The notes below the pieces were generated by a model. It did not search any database, was not told the origin of the DNA, and worked only from the letters and a program-made list of their open reading frames with translations. This document shows positions 44,101 through 55,860 of a DNA stretch of 64,000 bases, piece by piece. The translations under genes and the position numbers were made by a program. Source of the stretch: Antedon mediterranea (lineage: Eukaryota > Animalia > Echinodermata); the NCBI RefSeq assembly GCF_964355755.1, contig NC_092675.1, forward strand, positions 9,605,812 through 9,669,811. Reading direction: 5' to 3'. Positions within the stretch are counted from its first letter, which is position 1, and the number at the start of each line of letters is the position of its first letter.

Positions 44101-44207
44101 AGCCGTTTATATATATTTTGTTAAAGAAAGGTATTGGTCTGGTAAAATAATCTTAAATGTTTACTTTTATTTGATAGGTGTGGAGTGACTGGTCTAGTAC
44201 AATGTAA
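20171..44207 (+). CDS. ANKHD1: Ankyrin repeat and KH domain protein (ANKHD1/ANKRD17/Mask orthologue), ~2349 aa, 30 coding exons
   Basis: Conserved LEALLEAAG, ADGKAFTDPEIL, two ankyrin blocks (GESLLSLACSGG, HKTDEMHTALMEASMDG, TESNHDTALTIAC), KH domain SRVIGRGGCNINAIRE, RPIGTER. Phase-consistent exons: 20171-20365, 22276-22429, 26923-27085, 27314-27452, 27562-27709, 27925-28158, 28746-28888, 29585-29774, 30412-30603, 31470-31579, 32023-32110, 32555-32682, 32974-33226, 33487-34383, 34500-34823, 35012-35157, 35726-35868, 36157-36370, 36513-36750, 37005-37105, 37347-37442, 38194-38310, 38462-38615, 39223-39553, 40387-40554, 40951-41097, 41437-43040, 43223-43365, 43796-43855, 44178-44207 (7050 nt in total). 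Confidence 0.95.
20905..21245. mobile_element. PIF/Harbinger-like MITE (degenerate second copy at ~21480-21742)
   Basis: ~50-bp TIR TGCACTTGTCAATTGTATGACCCACTATACGACCCC; TTA on both flanks. Confidence 0.85.
22462..23704. mobile_element. Tc1/mariner (pogo/Tigger-like) MITE with a nested second MITE at 22793-23294
   Basis: Outer TA-CAGTCGACTCCGCCTAAGTCGAAT / ATTCGACTTAGGTGCAGTCGAC; inner TA-CAGTAGAACCT / AGGTTCTACTG-TA. Confidence 0.8.
23796..25196 (+). mobile_element. Non-autonomous Helitron
   Basis: Inserted between A and T; 5' TCTATATTATAAG then (TGTC/TGTT)n; 3' hairpin CCCGCCC-TG-GGGCGGG followed ~8 nt later by CTAG. Confidence 0.8.
28245..28427. repeat. 29-bp minisatellite, ~6 perfect copies
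   Basis: Unit AGATGATCCTACCAGATCACCACACTGGG. Confidence 0.95.
28598..28704 (-). pseudogene. 5S rRNA-derived sequence (pseudogene or SINE3 head)
   Basis: Minus strand TACGGCCATGATACGTTGAACACCAATTCTCGTAGGATCACCGAAGTTGAGCAATGTTGGGCTTGGTT..TGGATGG..GCCTGGG is colinear with animal 5S rRNA but heavily diverged. Confidence 0.7.
28983..29085. mobile_element. Harbinger-like MITE family AGCTCTGTCTACACTATCAAACT (truncated copy)
   Basis: Same sequence as copies at ~48078-48202 and ~63805-63929. Confidence 0.7.
30015..30170 (+). mobile_element. SINE remnant with Deu/Nin-like central domain
   Basis: cttctcagataaggacttaaaatggaggtcc..gtgcactaaataatccagt..gaagagtagg resembles the Deu/Nin SINE core from memory; a related segment lies at ~62690-62800. 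Confidence 0.45.
30739..31267. mobile_element. Tc1/mariner (pogo-like) MITE
   Basis: TA-CAGTTGAACCT ... AGGTTCAACTG-TA with ggccgcttacgagagg subterminal repeats. Confidence 0.85.
31760..31950 (+). mobile_element. SINE fragment
   Basis: CCACTCCACCCAGGTGTACAAATGGGTACC core-type motif followed by a (TAT)n tail. Confidence 0.5.
35206..35387. repeat. Tandem duplication of a 97-bp intronic unit
   Basis: ttaatcgggtttgatctcccaat at 35206 and 35303, near-identical. Confidence 0.9.
37575..37948. repeat. 22-bp G-rich minisatellite (~17 copies) running into a SINE-like body
   Basis: Unit GGAGTTGTGGCTTGGTGGGAGT. Confidence 0.92.
38839..38984. mobile_element. Small MITE
   Basis: TIR CAAGGCAATCTAACAACAGGA / TCCTGTTGTTAGACTGCCTTG. 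Confidence 0.65.
39771..40276. mobile_element. Kolobok-like MITE
   Basis: TTAA-AGATGTATTGTCCCTT ... AAGGGACAATACATCT-TTAA: TTAA TSD with purine-purine termini. Confidence 0.85.
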
Positions 44208-45660
44208 CCAAGATGATGTTGTTCTGTTATTACAAAGCTAGCATTTCATTTGACCTTTAGCTTATATAAAATATAGATGATAAAGAATGCAAATGTATAC
44301 CCATGGAACTCCTTAATGTAATGTTTCTATATTGGTTGGTACTCTTTTGGCATCCTTATCGTTGGTTATTTGTTCAAATGTGGTGATCAAATCTTTAAGT
44401 TGCTTACCAAAAAAAAAAACCTGGTTGGTGTTTACATTATGTCCTGCTTTGATTATCTTGGTGTACTACTAAATTGTTTAAATCATTTATCGATCCAAAG
44501 AAAAGTAAATCATTTAAGGATCTGGAAAGCAGTTAAAATTTATGTTTACTATCATGTAAAGATAATTGTGGTGGAGTTTACTATTCAAGTATTTCTATTA
44601 TATGCCTCCTTACCACACAATGTGGTAGTGAATTATATTATGTATTCTTAACATGGTATTGTATACAGTTTTCCCTTCAGTTATAACAAGGAGCTAACTA
44701 AAAAGATGTGCTTTGAAAAAACAAGAAATTTAATTGTTAATTTAATCTTAAAATCTTATTTACTATTGATCATGGTAAAAAGAATCTGTAAAAAACAAAC
44801 AAAACTTATCATCCATAGTAACTGCCATGCTATTAAATGGTTAACCCTTTGCAAATACTTCTTGTTTTTAATTCGAGAAAGGTTGATTTGCTGTAGAAAA
44901 ATTATTTGAAAGTAGATATTTTAGGAAGCACATTTCGGAAATTATGCTAGAGTTTTGTTAATAATTGAAATTGTTCAGGTTTCATATTTTGCATTGCAAA
45001 ATAGGCTGACTATGAGATACAATGTTTTTTTTTAAATTATTATCATGAAATATGTAAAACAGTTTTATTTATCGTTATCATATTTTAAAATTAACTCTTA
45101 AAACATTTGTCATTAAGTTAATGTTGTGATAGATGCGAGAGAAAAATGAATCAACCATGCTTTATGTATGTTGTGCAACCATAATGTTAAATGTTTATTA
45201 ATAATCCAAATTTAATGTACATCAGTGTATGTTGATAGAAGCTCTTATAGATTTTCTCTCCCAATTAAATCTATACACATTATTTAGCCAAGAAAAGAAT
45301 TAAAAGGCTTCTGACTGGGAACCAGTAAAAAACGTTGAATAATTTAAACTCCCTTTGTCCAAATCTTTTAATTTGATACAGTAATGTATATTATTCATGA
45401 CTTTATTATTGGAGACCTATGTATAACATGCATTCTGATAATGTCTATGTTCCATTATAATGGGTGTACTGTATTTGTTAGACTTCATGATTATTAAACT
45501 CAAGTTATGCCACTGAATTTTGTGTTCCTTTTCTCTATATTGCAATTGAATTAAAAATGTGTATTACCATATTTAGTCAAATAAACAGATTGTTCAGGAA
45601 GGTTTTTAGAGGGGGGCATTTATTCGAGGGAGGAGTTTATTCGGGGAGGCGTATATTTTT

Positions 45661-46989
45661 AGGTAATCATTTAGAATAAAATGATCACCTATTGTTATTG
45701 TATGAAATCTTTATTCTTATGATTCTTTATTTCTCTCTGTACAGATTTTGTGTAACAAATATCTCAAAAAGTTTAATGTCAATGATTACTAAAAGTTCAC
45801 AAAGTCTTTCAAATACTTTAACTTAGTTCTAATAAGCTTTCCAGAGTGATCCCTCATCCGTGACGTCATTTATACGCCATTTTGTGAAATCACATTGTAA
45901 ATCATATCTTCATAATTCCTTATCACATATTAATGAAATTCACTACACGGAAACTTCAGGTCAAGGGTAAAAATATTAGCAAATAAAAACGCACGCGCAC
46001 GTAGGATCATGCACATGAAATCGTGCGTTAAAAATTTAAAAAGCTTGAAATTAGAGCAAAAAACTACTGCACAAAAAAATATTTTGCGCGCGCAATACTT
46101 AAAAAGCGTAACAAATACGATTTTTTGTACAAATCGCATTCTACTCACCATCCTTAGTACATTCACCAAATTTGAGTCAGTTCCGACTTAAAATAACGCT
46201 ATACGAGCACGTTAAAAATGAAAAAATGCGCAAATTAATTGCATCAAAGTGCTGAAAAATAAGGCATTTTTAAAATGAAAATAATTCTTCAGAATGCACG
46301 ATGACCCCAATTTTTTTAACTTATTCTGGAAACCATTGAGTTGTAGATATGAATTCATGTACACATTTTACGTACAAAATGTTGTGACGTCATCAAATGG
46401 CCACTTGAATTTAAAATTAAGTTTGTTTTCTCTTTCGTCATATTTTATCACATTCAATAGAACGCATCTCTGTTATTTTGTACCCGATTTTCGCTCAAAT
46501 TTTAGTATGTGATCATGACTAGCTACTATTTTATTTTGATGACGTCACCACGCGTAAAAACTTGAATAATGTAGGTAATGTAATTAGAATTGAAGGTTAC
46601 CTTGATGATTGTAATTTATTATGAAAGCTAATGAAATGTAGATATGAATTCATATAAAAATCAAGCCTATCGGATGTTGTGACGTTAACATATGGCCAGT
46701 TGAAGTTAAAAAGTATTTTTTTCATCTTTTTCGTCACAGTTATACAAATTTCAAAGAGTGCGCACAGCGCTTCTACGTGCCAAATTCAATTCCAATTCTT
46801 ATATTTATTTGCTCAATTCATTATTTTTCGAAATAGGCACAACTCAGCACTATAAGCGTATAATAGGATGGCATACATCAACATTTTCTGATCGTATGTT
46901 AACGTACGTGCATGTAAAAAAAAATTAATTTCAGTAAAATGATAAAAATGATCACCTATAATTCGTCAAAGTGACAAATTAAATTCTAG
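45661..46989 (+). mobile_element. Helentron/HINE-like non-autonomous element, copy A
   Basis: 5' AGGTAATCATTT..AAATGATCACCT inverted repeat; 3' AATGATCACCT subterminal copy, hairpin AATTCGTCA-AAG-TGAC.AATT and CTAG in a T-rich site; interrupts an older MITE (45566-47240). Confidence 0.75.
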
Positions 46990-47353
46990 TTTGGTTTTAA
47001 TATGGTAACATGTATAATCAAATAAAAAAACACAATTCGTATCAAGAAGTGATAACATACAGTAAAAATGGTATCAAAATGCTTGGCAAATTGTAGATCA
47101 TGTCAATCAATGAATTCTACTAAAAATAGAAATGTGTTGTAATCCAATATTGTGGCAGGCTGTTTCTTCGAGGAAATAAATAACGGCCGGCCGTTGGGAA
47201 TTTATTCGAGGAGGGAGGGAGTTTATTTGAATATATGCAGTGTGCTTATTTTGAAGGAACAAACCAACTAGAAAAATGATTTGTATACTGCAAAATGTTT
47301 AAAAAAAAGTTACAGTAATTTCATACTTGTTTAAATGTTGAATGATGGTGCAA

Positions 47354-47736
47354 AAAGGTTATAGGCTACACAGCAAGAATGACCAATACAAGCACAACTC
47401 AAAAGGTTATAGGCTACGCAGCAAGAATGACCAATACAAGCACAACTCAAAAGGTTATAGGCTACACAGCAAGAATGACCAATACAAGCACAACTCAAAA
47501 GGTTATAGGCTACGCAGCAAGAATGACCAATACAAGCACAACTCAAAAGGTTATAGGCTACGCAGCAAGAATGACCAATACAAGCACAACTCAAAAGGTT
47601 ATAGGCTACGCAGCAAGAATGACCAATACAAGCACAACTCAAAAGGTTATAGGCTACGCAGCAAGAATGACCAATACAAGCACAACTCAAAAGGTTATAG
47701 GCTACGCAGCAAGAATGACCAATACAAGCACAACTC
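47354..47736. repeat. 48-bp minisatellite, 8 near-perfect copies
   Basis: Unit AAAAGGTTATAGGCTAC(A/G)CAGCAAGAATGACCAATACAAGCACAACTC. Confidence 0.96.
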
Positions 47737-48077
47737 TAACAAAATCTTATCTCATCAATTACTGGATTATTTTCCAATACAAATACAGTACTTTGTTGCA
47801 TCAACCTTGCTCAGTCTAAAACACAGAAAGGTATAATGGCGGACTGGTATTATATACCACTCCATTTATAGTATTTTATTACTTTTTTATATCCAAATGC
47901 CATATTTGGATGCTTAAATTAAAGTGAAATTTGTTAAAATGAGGAAGTGAGGTCTTGCACACTTTCCCATATGCCTATTGAAACAACTTCTAACCTCATT
48001 TCTATCCCCAAAAAATATACCCGTTGGCCAACTAACCCCATTTTAATTTATATTGTCAAAAAAGACGTTCATTGTTA

Positions 48078-48202
48078 AGCTGTCTACACTATCAAACTAA
48101 ATTGACAAAGTGCGATGTGCCCAAATATGGTAGTGATTTGATGTCATTGTGTCCATGGGCACATCAAATTTTTACATCAAGTTTTATAGTGTAGACAGAG
48201 CT
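48078..48202. mobile_element. Harbinger-like MITE (GTCTACAC family)
   Basis: AGCTGTCTACACTATCAAACT ... AGTTTTATAGTGTAGACAGAGCT with TWA flanks. Confidence 0.78.
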
Positions 48203-48820
48203 TAATACCCTAATAGGTAATTCATTGTGTGTGTAAATATTTAATAAACAAAATTAACCACTTGTATACAATCAAAGCATTTACTAACAAATGAAAATGT
48301 GCTACTTAAATTACAGTACATATGATTGGCAAATAAACATTCATAAAGTGTAAACAAATACTGAGTATCTCAAATAGCTAGTAACACATTTCAGTGCTAG
48401 CTGTTCTTCATTACTTTAAATGGTATGGAAAAAAAACCCCTTAAATATGAGATTGAATTTTTCTTTGTACAGTATGCTAAAGCTAATTTCATTAACTAAA
48501 TAAATGTTAGAAAAAGTTAAAAAGGAAAATATTATAATGTAATTGAATATCTGATTTAAAGTTAATTTTAAAAGCTTTAAGAAAATGTATGATATGTCTT
48601 ATATGCGATATGATATGAATTATAGTACAGTAGAATGCTTCACATTTACACAATGTCCATTTTAATCAAACTTAGCTCACTGATACAATATAAAATCAGT
48701 AGTGGTCATTAACAACCTTTACACAGTTCAATATGATCTAAAGTTCTTTTTTAAAAGCATCAAGAAAAACTGTGATCAACTTTTTGTTTTAGTTCTATAT
48801 ATAATTGAGTTTATTATTAT

Positions 48821-50197
48821 TTAATCTACAATTTTTCCTTCCATGACATCAGCTATATAATTAAACTCGCATTTTCTTAATGTGCTTATAAGTACTTCTC
48901 TGGTTGCATTGCTAGAATTTCTCTGTTGCCATATTTTTAATGACTCCCTGGATTGTTCCATTAGATCGTATGGATGCTTAACCATAATGGAATCGATATC
49001 GGCTTCTACAAGTTTAAGTCGACGTGCGTATTGTCGCCAGTTTTTACCAATGTGCCGCACAATGATGTCAAATTCATCCGATAAATCTTAAAACAAAATA
49101 CACAGTACTTTAATAATACATTGCTGTTAGTACAGTAAACCCCGATAAGAAGTCACCTTTGGAACCAAACAGTTTTCCCTAAAGAGGTGTGTGCCGTAGT
49201 GTTGAAATTAACCATGAAGGTAACATATTATTCCATAATTAATACCACTCATTTGTGTCCCCTTAATAGGGATGTCCCAATCCATTTTTAGGTTGGTCGT
49301 AGTGTTAAAACATAATACTGAATCTACTGTGTCTTACTCCTATTCAGGGGACACCTGATATTAAAACGTCACTGTTAAATGGTATTAGTCACCCATAAAC
49401 AGTTTAGAATGAGAATGACTTTTTATAGGGTTGATTACTTACCATGAATGTTTTGTTGCCCACTACTGAAAGGTTCTGAAAAAAAAATAAAGTCAACAAT
49501 TAAACCAGTTTTCTAAAACTACAATTAATTTTTTTAAAGTTCTTCAATGAAATATTTAACTTTTGAAAAATATTTGTTACGTACAGTAAAATTAATAATT
49601 TATCATCGCATAACTTGTTTACAGTACTGTACCTGATTTTGAATTGTATTTTTGTTCATACTTGTCCACATGTTGACAGAGGTCTAATCTACTGATTTGC
49701 TTCATAAGGTCCTTCAATGTACTTGTTTCATTTTTATCAAGCAGGAGTGCTTGTTCCAGGCCTGTAAACACATCCCGACAGCTTGTCATCTTTCCCCTTT
49801 TGTCCTTTGTAAATCCAGAGTAATTACGACAGAGAAATTTAATGCTTTCCAATTCACTATCTTCCAATGCGCCGTTTATTTTTAATAGTAGACGGTCATA
49901 GTCAGATTGTTGGTTTGATTCTGTCAAAGCCCATTTTTTCTCATAATCGGCAAGTATTCCTGCTTCCGACAATCTTCCAAGTGTTTTCATCATTTCTATC
50001 AACGACTTAACATTATCTTCGCCAACAATGTTTTTTTGTTCCAACTCTTCGATAAGTTCTAGCGGATTACTGATGATTTCTAAAGTAGTTTTTCGAATAT
50101 TATCCCCACACAGGATTTTCCAACTTCTAAAATCACTACCACTGATTCCTCCAAGTGACTGTAATGCTTTGGTGTAAGCACTGCTTTTCGAAGTCAT
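48821..50197 (-). CDS. FADD: FADD-like death-fold adaptor with two DEDs and a C-terminal death domain, 287 aa
   Basis: Exons 50197-49633, 49475-49443 and 49086-48821, phase-consistent, 864 nt. DED1 ..FRSWKILCGD..LELIEELEQKNIV..; DED2 ..ELESIKFLC..DVFTGLEQ..RLDL..; DD FDIIVRHIGKNWRQYARRL..IDSIMVKHPYDLMEQSRESLKIWQQRN..LRKCEFNYIADVM resembles the FADD DD. Confidence 0.85.
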
Positions 50198-51079
50198 GAC
50201 AATTTTTCTAAAAATTAAAAATAACAGTGAATCTTATTGAAACTATACTAGGATGATGACTCATTTAGCGAAGCCAGAGTGAAATTAGAATTTCATATTT
50301 CACCAAATGAAATTATTTGTACCATTATACGTATGTAAAAACATTCATTTGTTTTGTTAACAACAGTAAATTCTTGTCATATTGCAATTTTGTAAAGGAG
50401 AGATAGTGTCATTCACGTTGCTGCTTCCGATCGCAGCGCAGAACGGACGGAGCTGTGTGACCCACAATAGTTCAATCAAATGACAAGAATCTATTTTTAG
50501 GCTAGGTAAGTGATATATAAGGGTCATTCTTCAGTGTCTAAAATCGTGTCCCGATACTTTGGTGGGGTAGTGGGATAAAATAAAAATTCTTGACTTAAAT
50601 CATAATCAACATTATTCTAAATATAATTAATTACATAAACCAAAGATAATAACATTGATATTGTTAATTTTTCAGGCAACTTAACCCCCTAAAACACCAT
50701 GTTCCGATTGTACAGCTTCAATTTTATGATCGCCGTATATATTTGATAACAGGACTTTTGTTATCGAAAATATTGTAAAAAGTTAATTAATCATGATTTC
50801 ATGCGATTAAATTCTTTGAAATACATCTCTACATATATTAAATCTCAAAACTTTAAAGTTTTTGTTTGGAAAAAGCTTGTGCCGTCTACAGTTTAATGAA
50901 CGGGGGGGGGGGGGGGAATTGATTGTGCAATGTAAACATGCGAAGATATTGAAATAAAACTAGCCGCGCATCATTTGAAATAGAAGAGAAAAAATTCAAC
51001 AAAACTATGTTTTAGAAAAATTACAGTTGCGTACCTTAATTGAATGTCATATCCAAACGGTATAGAACTCATTAAATAA

Positions 51080-52564
51080 CTAGAATTTAATTCGTCACTT
51101 TGACGAATTATAGGTGATCATTTTTATCATTTTACTGAAATTAATTTTTTTTTAAACATGCACGTACGTTAACATACGATCGGAAAATATTGATGTATGC
51201 CATCCTATTATACGCTTATAGTGCTGAGTTATTCCTATTATATGCCATATACAATATGTACAGTATATAATGTATATCTATATACAGTGTAGCATAGGTG
51301 AAATTACGGGACACACATCATGTTCTAATTTTTTGGTATGATGGAATTATCAAAATAAACTTGAAGATGACAATTTCAAAAGATACTGAATTGAGCAAAT
51401 AAATATAAGAATTGGAAGAGAATTCGGCACGTAGAAGCGCTGTGCGCGCTCTTTGAAATTTATATAACTTTATAATACTTTTTAACTTCAACTGGCCATA
51501 TGTTAACATCAAAACATCCGATAGTCTTGATTTTTATATGAATTCATATCTACATTTCATCAGCTTTCATAATAAATTATAATCATCAAGGTAACCTTTA
51601 ATTCTGAAGAGCTGTAAGATATTCAAATTTACGGTGAAGGTGAAATTACACGACCTATGTTAATCAAGTTTTTACGCGTGATGACGTCATCAAAATGAAA
51701 GTAGTGGCAAGTCATAAGAAAGTCAATTAATTGAGGGATCACATACTGAAAATTGAGCAAAAAAATATGCGTTCTATTGAATGTGAAAAAGAATGACAAA
51801 AGAGAAAAATAACTTAATTTTAAATTCAAGTGGCCATTTGATGACGTAAAAACATTTTGTACGTAAAATGTGTACAGGAATTCATATCTACAAATCAACG
51901 GCTTCCAGAAAAAGTAAAAAAAAATTGGGGGTCATCGTGCATTCTGAAGAATTATTTTCATTTTAAAAATACCTTATTTTTCACCATTTTCAACACTTTG
52001 ATGCAATTAATTTGCGCATTTTGTCATTTTGAACCTGCTCGTATAGCGTTATTTTATATCGGAACTGACTCAAATTTGGTGAATGTACTAAAGATGGTGA
52101 GTAGAATGCGATTTGTAATTTTTTGAAACACGCAAATGGCCTAATTCATGCTCTAAATTGATCAAAACTTAATTTTGAGCAATTTAAATTTTTAACGCGC
52201 GATTTTACGCGCATGACCCTACGTGCACGTGCATTTTATTTACTAATATTTTTACCCTTTACCTGAAGTTTACGTATAGTGAATTTTATTGATATGTGAG
52301 AAAGAGTTATGGAGATATGATTGATAATGTGATTTCACAAAATGGCGTATAAATGACGTCACGGATGAGTGATCACGCTGAAAAACTAACTACGACTAAA
52401 CTAAATTATTTTAAAGATATTCTGAAATTTTTGTGATTATTGACATTTAACTTTTTCAGATAATTGACACACAAAATCTCTACAGAAAGAAATAAATAAT
52501 TTAAAAAAAAAAAAAGATTTTATACAATAACAATAGGTGATCATTTTATTCTAAATGATCACCT
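51080..52564 (-). mobile_element. Helentron/HINE-like non-autonomous element, copy B (inverted relative to copy A)
   Basis: Reverse complement of 45661-46989 along essentially its whole length, including both termini. Confidence 0.78.
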
Positions 52565-52876
52565 AATTATAATTTCTGTTTTTTTTTCAACTGGAAGTAC
52601 AATTTATTCACGGTATCTAGAAGTATGCACTCTCCGCTGCCAGACATACCTACAAGGTTTTCCTGGGCTGTCCAATGTTAAATACATCATCTCCGTCACG
52701 GTCAGCTCCGTCACATTTCCCAATGTTTCATTGTGACGGAGATGACGGCCAGTGACTTTTTGTTATTGCCAGGGCCTTTTTTTGTTGTACATTTTGTTTT
52801 ATATATCTTTATTATGTTATTACATTGTATATCTAGATGTGACTCTGGTCAATAAACATATTCAAATCATATCGTA

Positions 52877-54002
52877 TACCCCTTTTACACTATCACCGTA
52901 ACAGCGGTGTAACCCCGCAGTTGTTGGTACACCGGGCCGTTAAATTCCGGTGTTGTGGTTTTTATTGACTGGGAGAATGGGAGAATCCAACCACCCCGGT
53001 GTGCTCTGGTGAAACGAAGCTGAATGTTTTCCGGTGTACCTTCTCCGGTGTAGTCGAATCTACACCGGAGACACGAAGTGTAAACGGTTGTTGTGGTTCA
53101 ACATCGAGCTGTTAAAGGTCATTGACGTGAAAATTTAACATGTTGTCACAGAAATACAATATATTATGCAAACGAAATAGATTTTTTTGCTTAAAATACA
53201 CCTTCTTTGCTTAAAACAATAATTGTACGATATATTGTGCTGTTCGTTATTTTCTTTTAAAGGTACAAACAAATTTATGACTTTTCTTTTCTGCTGAAAA
53301 TATTGAAATTGTTCGTGTGCATTCTACCTTACCAGAAAGCCAACAAATAATGTAATATTGGTGTAACTCTACCCTGGCCGATTCTATGTAGGCCTAATTA
53401 TTGAAAAAGGAAAAAATATATATATTACTGACGTCCCAATGGATGAAAATGATATCTTTTTTAGGAACTGAAAAAGTACCATATAATAATTCTCCTTCAT
53501 TGATACATTGTTATGCTAATTAACAAATACATTTTTTATTTTTAAATTACTTACCGTATCTACCCTACTTTTACGCCAACCTAACAATTTAAGGCCTATT
53601 TAATGTACGTACAGTCTACAAGGCGGAAATGCAGTCATTTTAAAAAGAAAAATAATTGTTAGGCCCTAATTTTTAAAATAATAAATGATAATCTTAATAG
53701 CCACAAAGAAAATATAATACTGGACTATATTCAAAATTAAATAAATTGTGTGTAAATTCGGATTATTATGTTTTTATGTGAGATTTGTCGATATGTCCCA
53801 GTGTTTAAACGTTTAAACCATAGTCAGTTAAGTTCCACGTGTGCGCTTGCAATAGTAATTTGATTGAAAGCACCGGGGTGATCGATTGAGTGTAAATGGG
53901 CGCAACTCGAGTTCATCTCGCAGTTTTTTTGGGTAGTGTAAATGGAAAGTGCCTCCGAGTTCAACTTGTGTTCCTCTCTCAGTCGATAGTGTAAAAAGGG
54001 TA
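52877..54002. mobile_element. Harbinger-like non-autonomous element nested in an older element bearing CATCTCCGTCAC repeats (~52685-54395)
   Basis: TIR TACCCCTTTTACACTATC / GATAGTGTAAAAAGGGTA; the host's repeat motifs flank both sides. Confidence 0.65.
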
Positions 54003-54472
54003 TTAAAGTCATCTCCGTCACATGATTTTTTAGGTTCGTCATATCCGTCACGGTTTCATCTCCGTCACATGGATATTTTATCCTTTTTAAATCCTAAAAC
54101 ATTTGAGTAATGAACGCAATTATGTGATATAATTGAAATATAAACAATATTCTTCTACTATGTCAATGGATAGTAATATAGTTCAACAGAATTTTGTAAA
54201 ACATCAGTGACAGTCATACTATTTTCTGAAAATTATTATTTTTTGGAATAGTAAATGGTTTTGAACGTATAAAATCATACTAATAAATGTTAAAACAATC
54301 ATTTTTTGATTAATCAAGAAAAAAATACTGTATAATTCCTAATCCGTAATTTTTTCTATAATTTGTATATTCCATAAATGTGACGGATATGACAGTAACA
54401 TAGAACCATGTATTTATAAATACGAATAAAATACGAAATATATAACAAAGATTACGCCAAACATACGCTTGG

Positions 54473-55428
54473 CTAGTCTGGGCTCCAGACGGAGTTTTGT
54501 CTTAATATTAGTAAAAATATAAATATTTTTGCACATATGGCGTTTCATACGTGTATTACTTGGGTTTGGATACTCCGTCTGGGGAAACACGCACAAGTCA
54601 CGTGGTTTGACACCAAGAATTCTTGGTGCATACGATTATCCAGTTGACTAGTTTCAGCCGCATGCCCTTGGCTACTCACTCGTACGCAGTTTTAATATTC
54701 ATATTTCAGAATTTCAAAGACTCAACATCTAAGATGATGCGCATGCGCTATGTTACGTTTAGACAATGTGTACTTGGGTACATTGATGAAAGTTTCTGAA
54801 GGCTAGAAATGATTTTATATGGCTAGTAAATGATAAACATTTGATGGGATTTTTCCCAAGAACATGAAAACTCGTCTTGATATGATAGGCTAGCTTCTCT
54901 GCAAATCAAACATTGAATGGATCATTTATTATGTGAAGAGAATTTGATTTAATTCCCACCCAGACTCTGTCCTGTTCTGTGTGGTGGTGTAGCCCTAGAC
55001 TGTTGTGTGCCGGTGGTGGTATGTACCTTATTGGCGTTTTATTTGGCAGGTCATACGTACGAGTTGAGTAGGCCTACGAAGGCCAGGACTAAACAATTAA
55101 TAAACAACTAAACAACTTGGCAACAAGATTTTATATTTCAACAGTTGTTCAGTCTCGATCGTACATTCAGCACTGTACGTACTCGATCTTTTTCATTTTG
55201 AAACAAAATGATCATTGGTTGATTCGAAATCCATATTTACATACCGCTCGCCCCATATAGCCAAATACGGTATGATAACCTACGTCATTCTTATCGGATG
55301 TTTGCGGTCTGCAAATCGATTTCTATACGTGTTTCACAAGTCTGTATTTTCAGACAAAAATCGCGGTCGAAATAAAATCAAATAAATAAAAAAAAAAAGA
55401 CAATAATACAGACTTGGGGCAAGTCTAA
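54473..55428 (+). mobile_element. Element with short terminal hairpins and no TIR pair (possibly Crypton/tyrosine-recombinase type)
   Basis: Left TAGTCTG-GGCTC-CAGAC, right AGACTT-GGGGC-AAGTCTA; boundaries defined by the deleted copy at 13020-13193. Confidence 0.6.
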
Positions 55429-55519
55429 TGCTTGGCATGTAATACATGTTGATTTATCTGAATAAACTTTTAAAATTTTAAAAATGCAAATTTTAAAATC
55501 GATTTTTTACAAACCTGTA

Positions 55520-55860
55520 ATTAGCCTAGGCCTAGCCTAATCTCTAGACTTACTACTGAAGAATGACCCATAATAGAGCCTAGTTTAACCTTTTCCTGGC
55601 TAATCTATACTAGCCTACCTAGCCTAGGCCTAGCTAGATTTAGTTGGTTAGGCTAGCTAGCCTAGCTAGGCTATGCAGCCTAGAGCTAAGGTAGGCCTAC
55701 TACCGCGCCGCGGTCCACGGTATTGCCCTGCTGATGATCGGAATACCTATCCTTAGCCATGCCTGCTAAACGGCTAGGCCTATATAGGCTAGGCCTAGCC
55801 TGCTGAGGCTAGGTAGGCCTAGCTAGGCTAGGCTATGCTTAGGCCTAGCCTAGTCTAAAG
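55520..55860. repeat. Low-complexity CTAG/AGGCCT-rich tract
   Basis: Dense tagc/ctaggc/aggcct motifs; a similar tract lies at 20435-20820. Confidence 0.75.

Noticed and set aside
47331-47836. Cys-rich (metallothionein-like) and other repetitive ORFs
   Set aside because: Artefact of a 48-bp minisatellite whose length is a multiple of three.
44207-48821. ANKHD1-EIF4EBP3-type read-through partner as in vertebrates
   Set aside because: No 4E-BP-like exons (YxxxxL-phi motif) were recognised downstream; the next gene is the convergent FADD-like gene.
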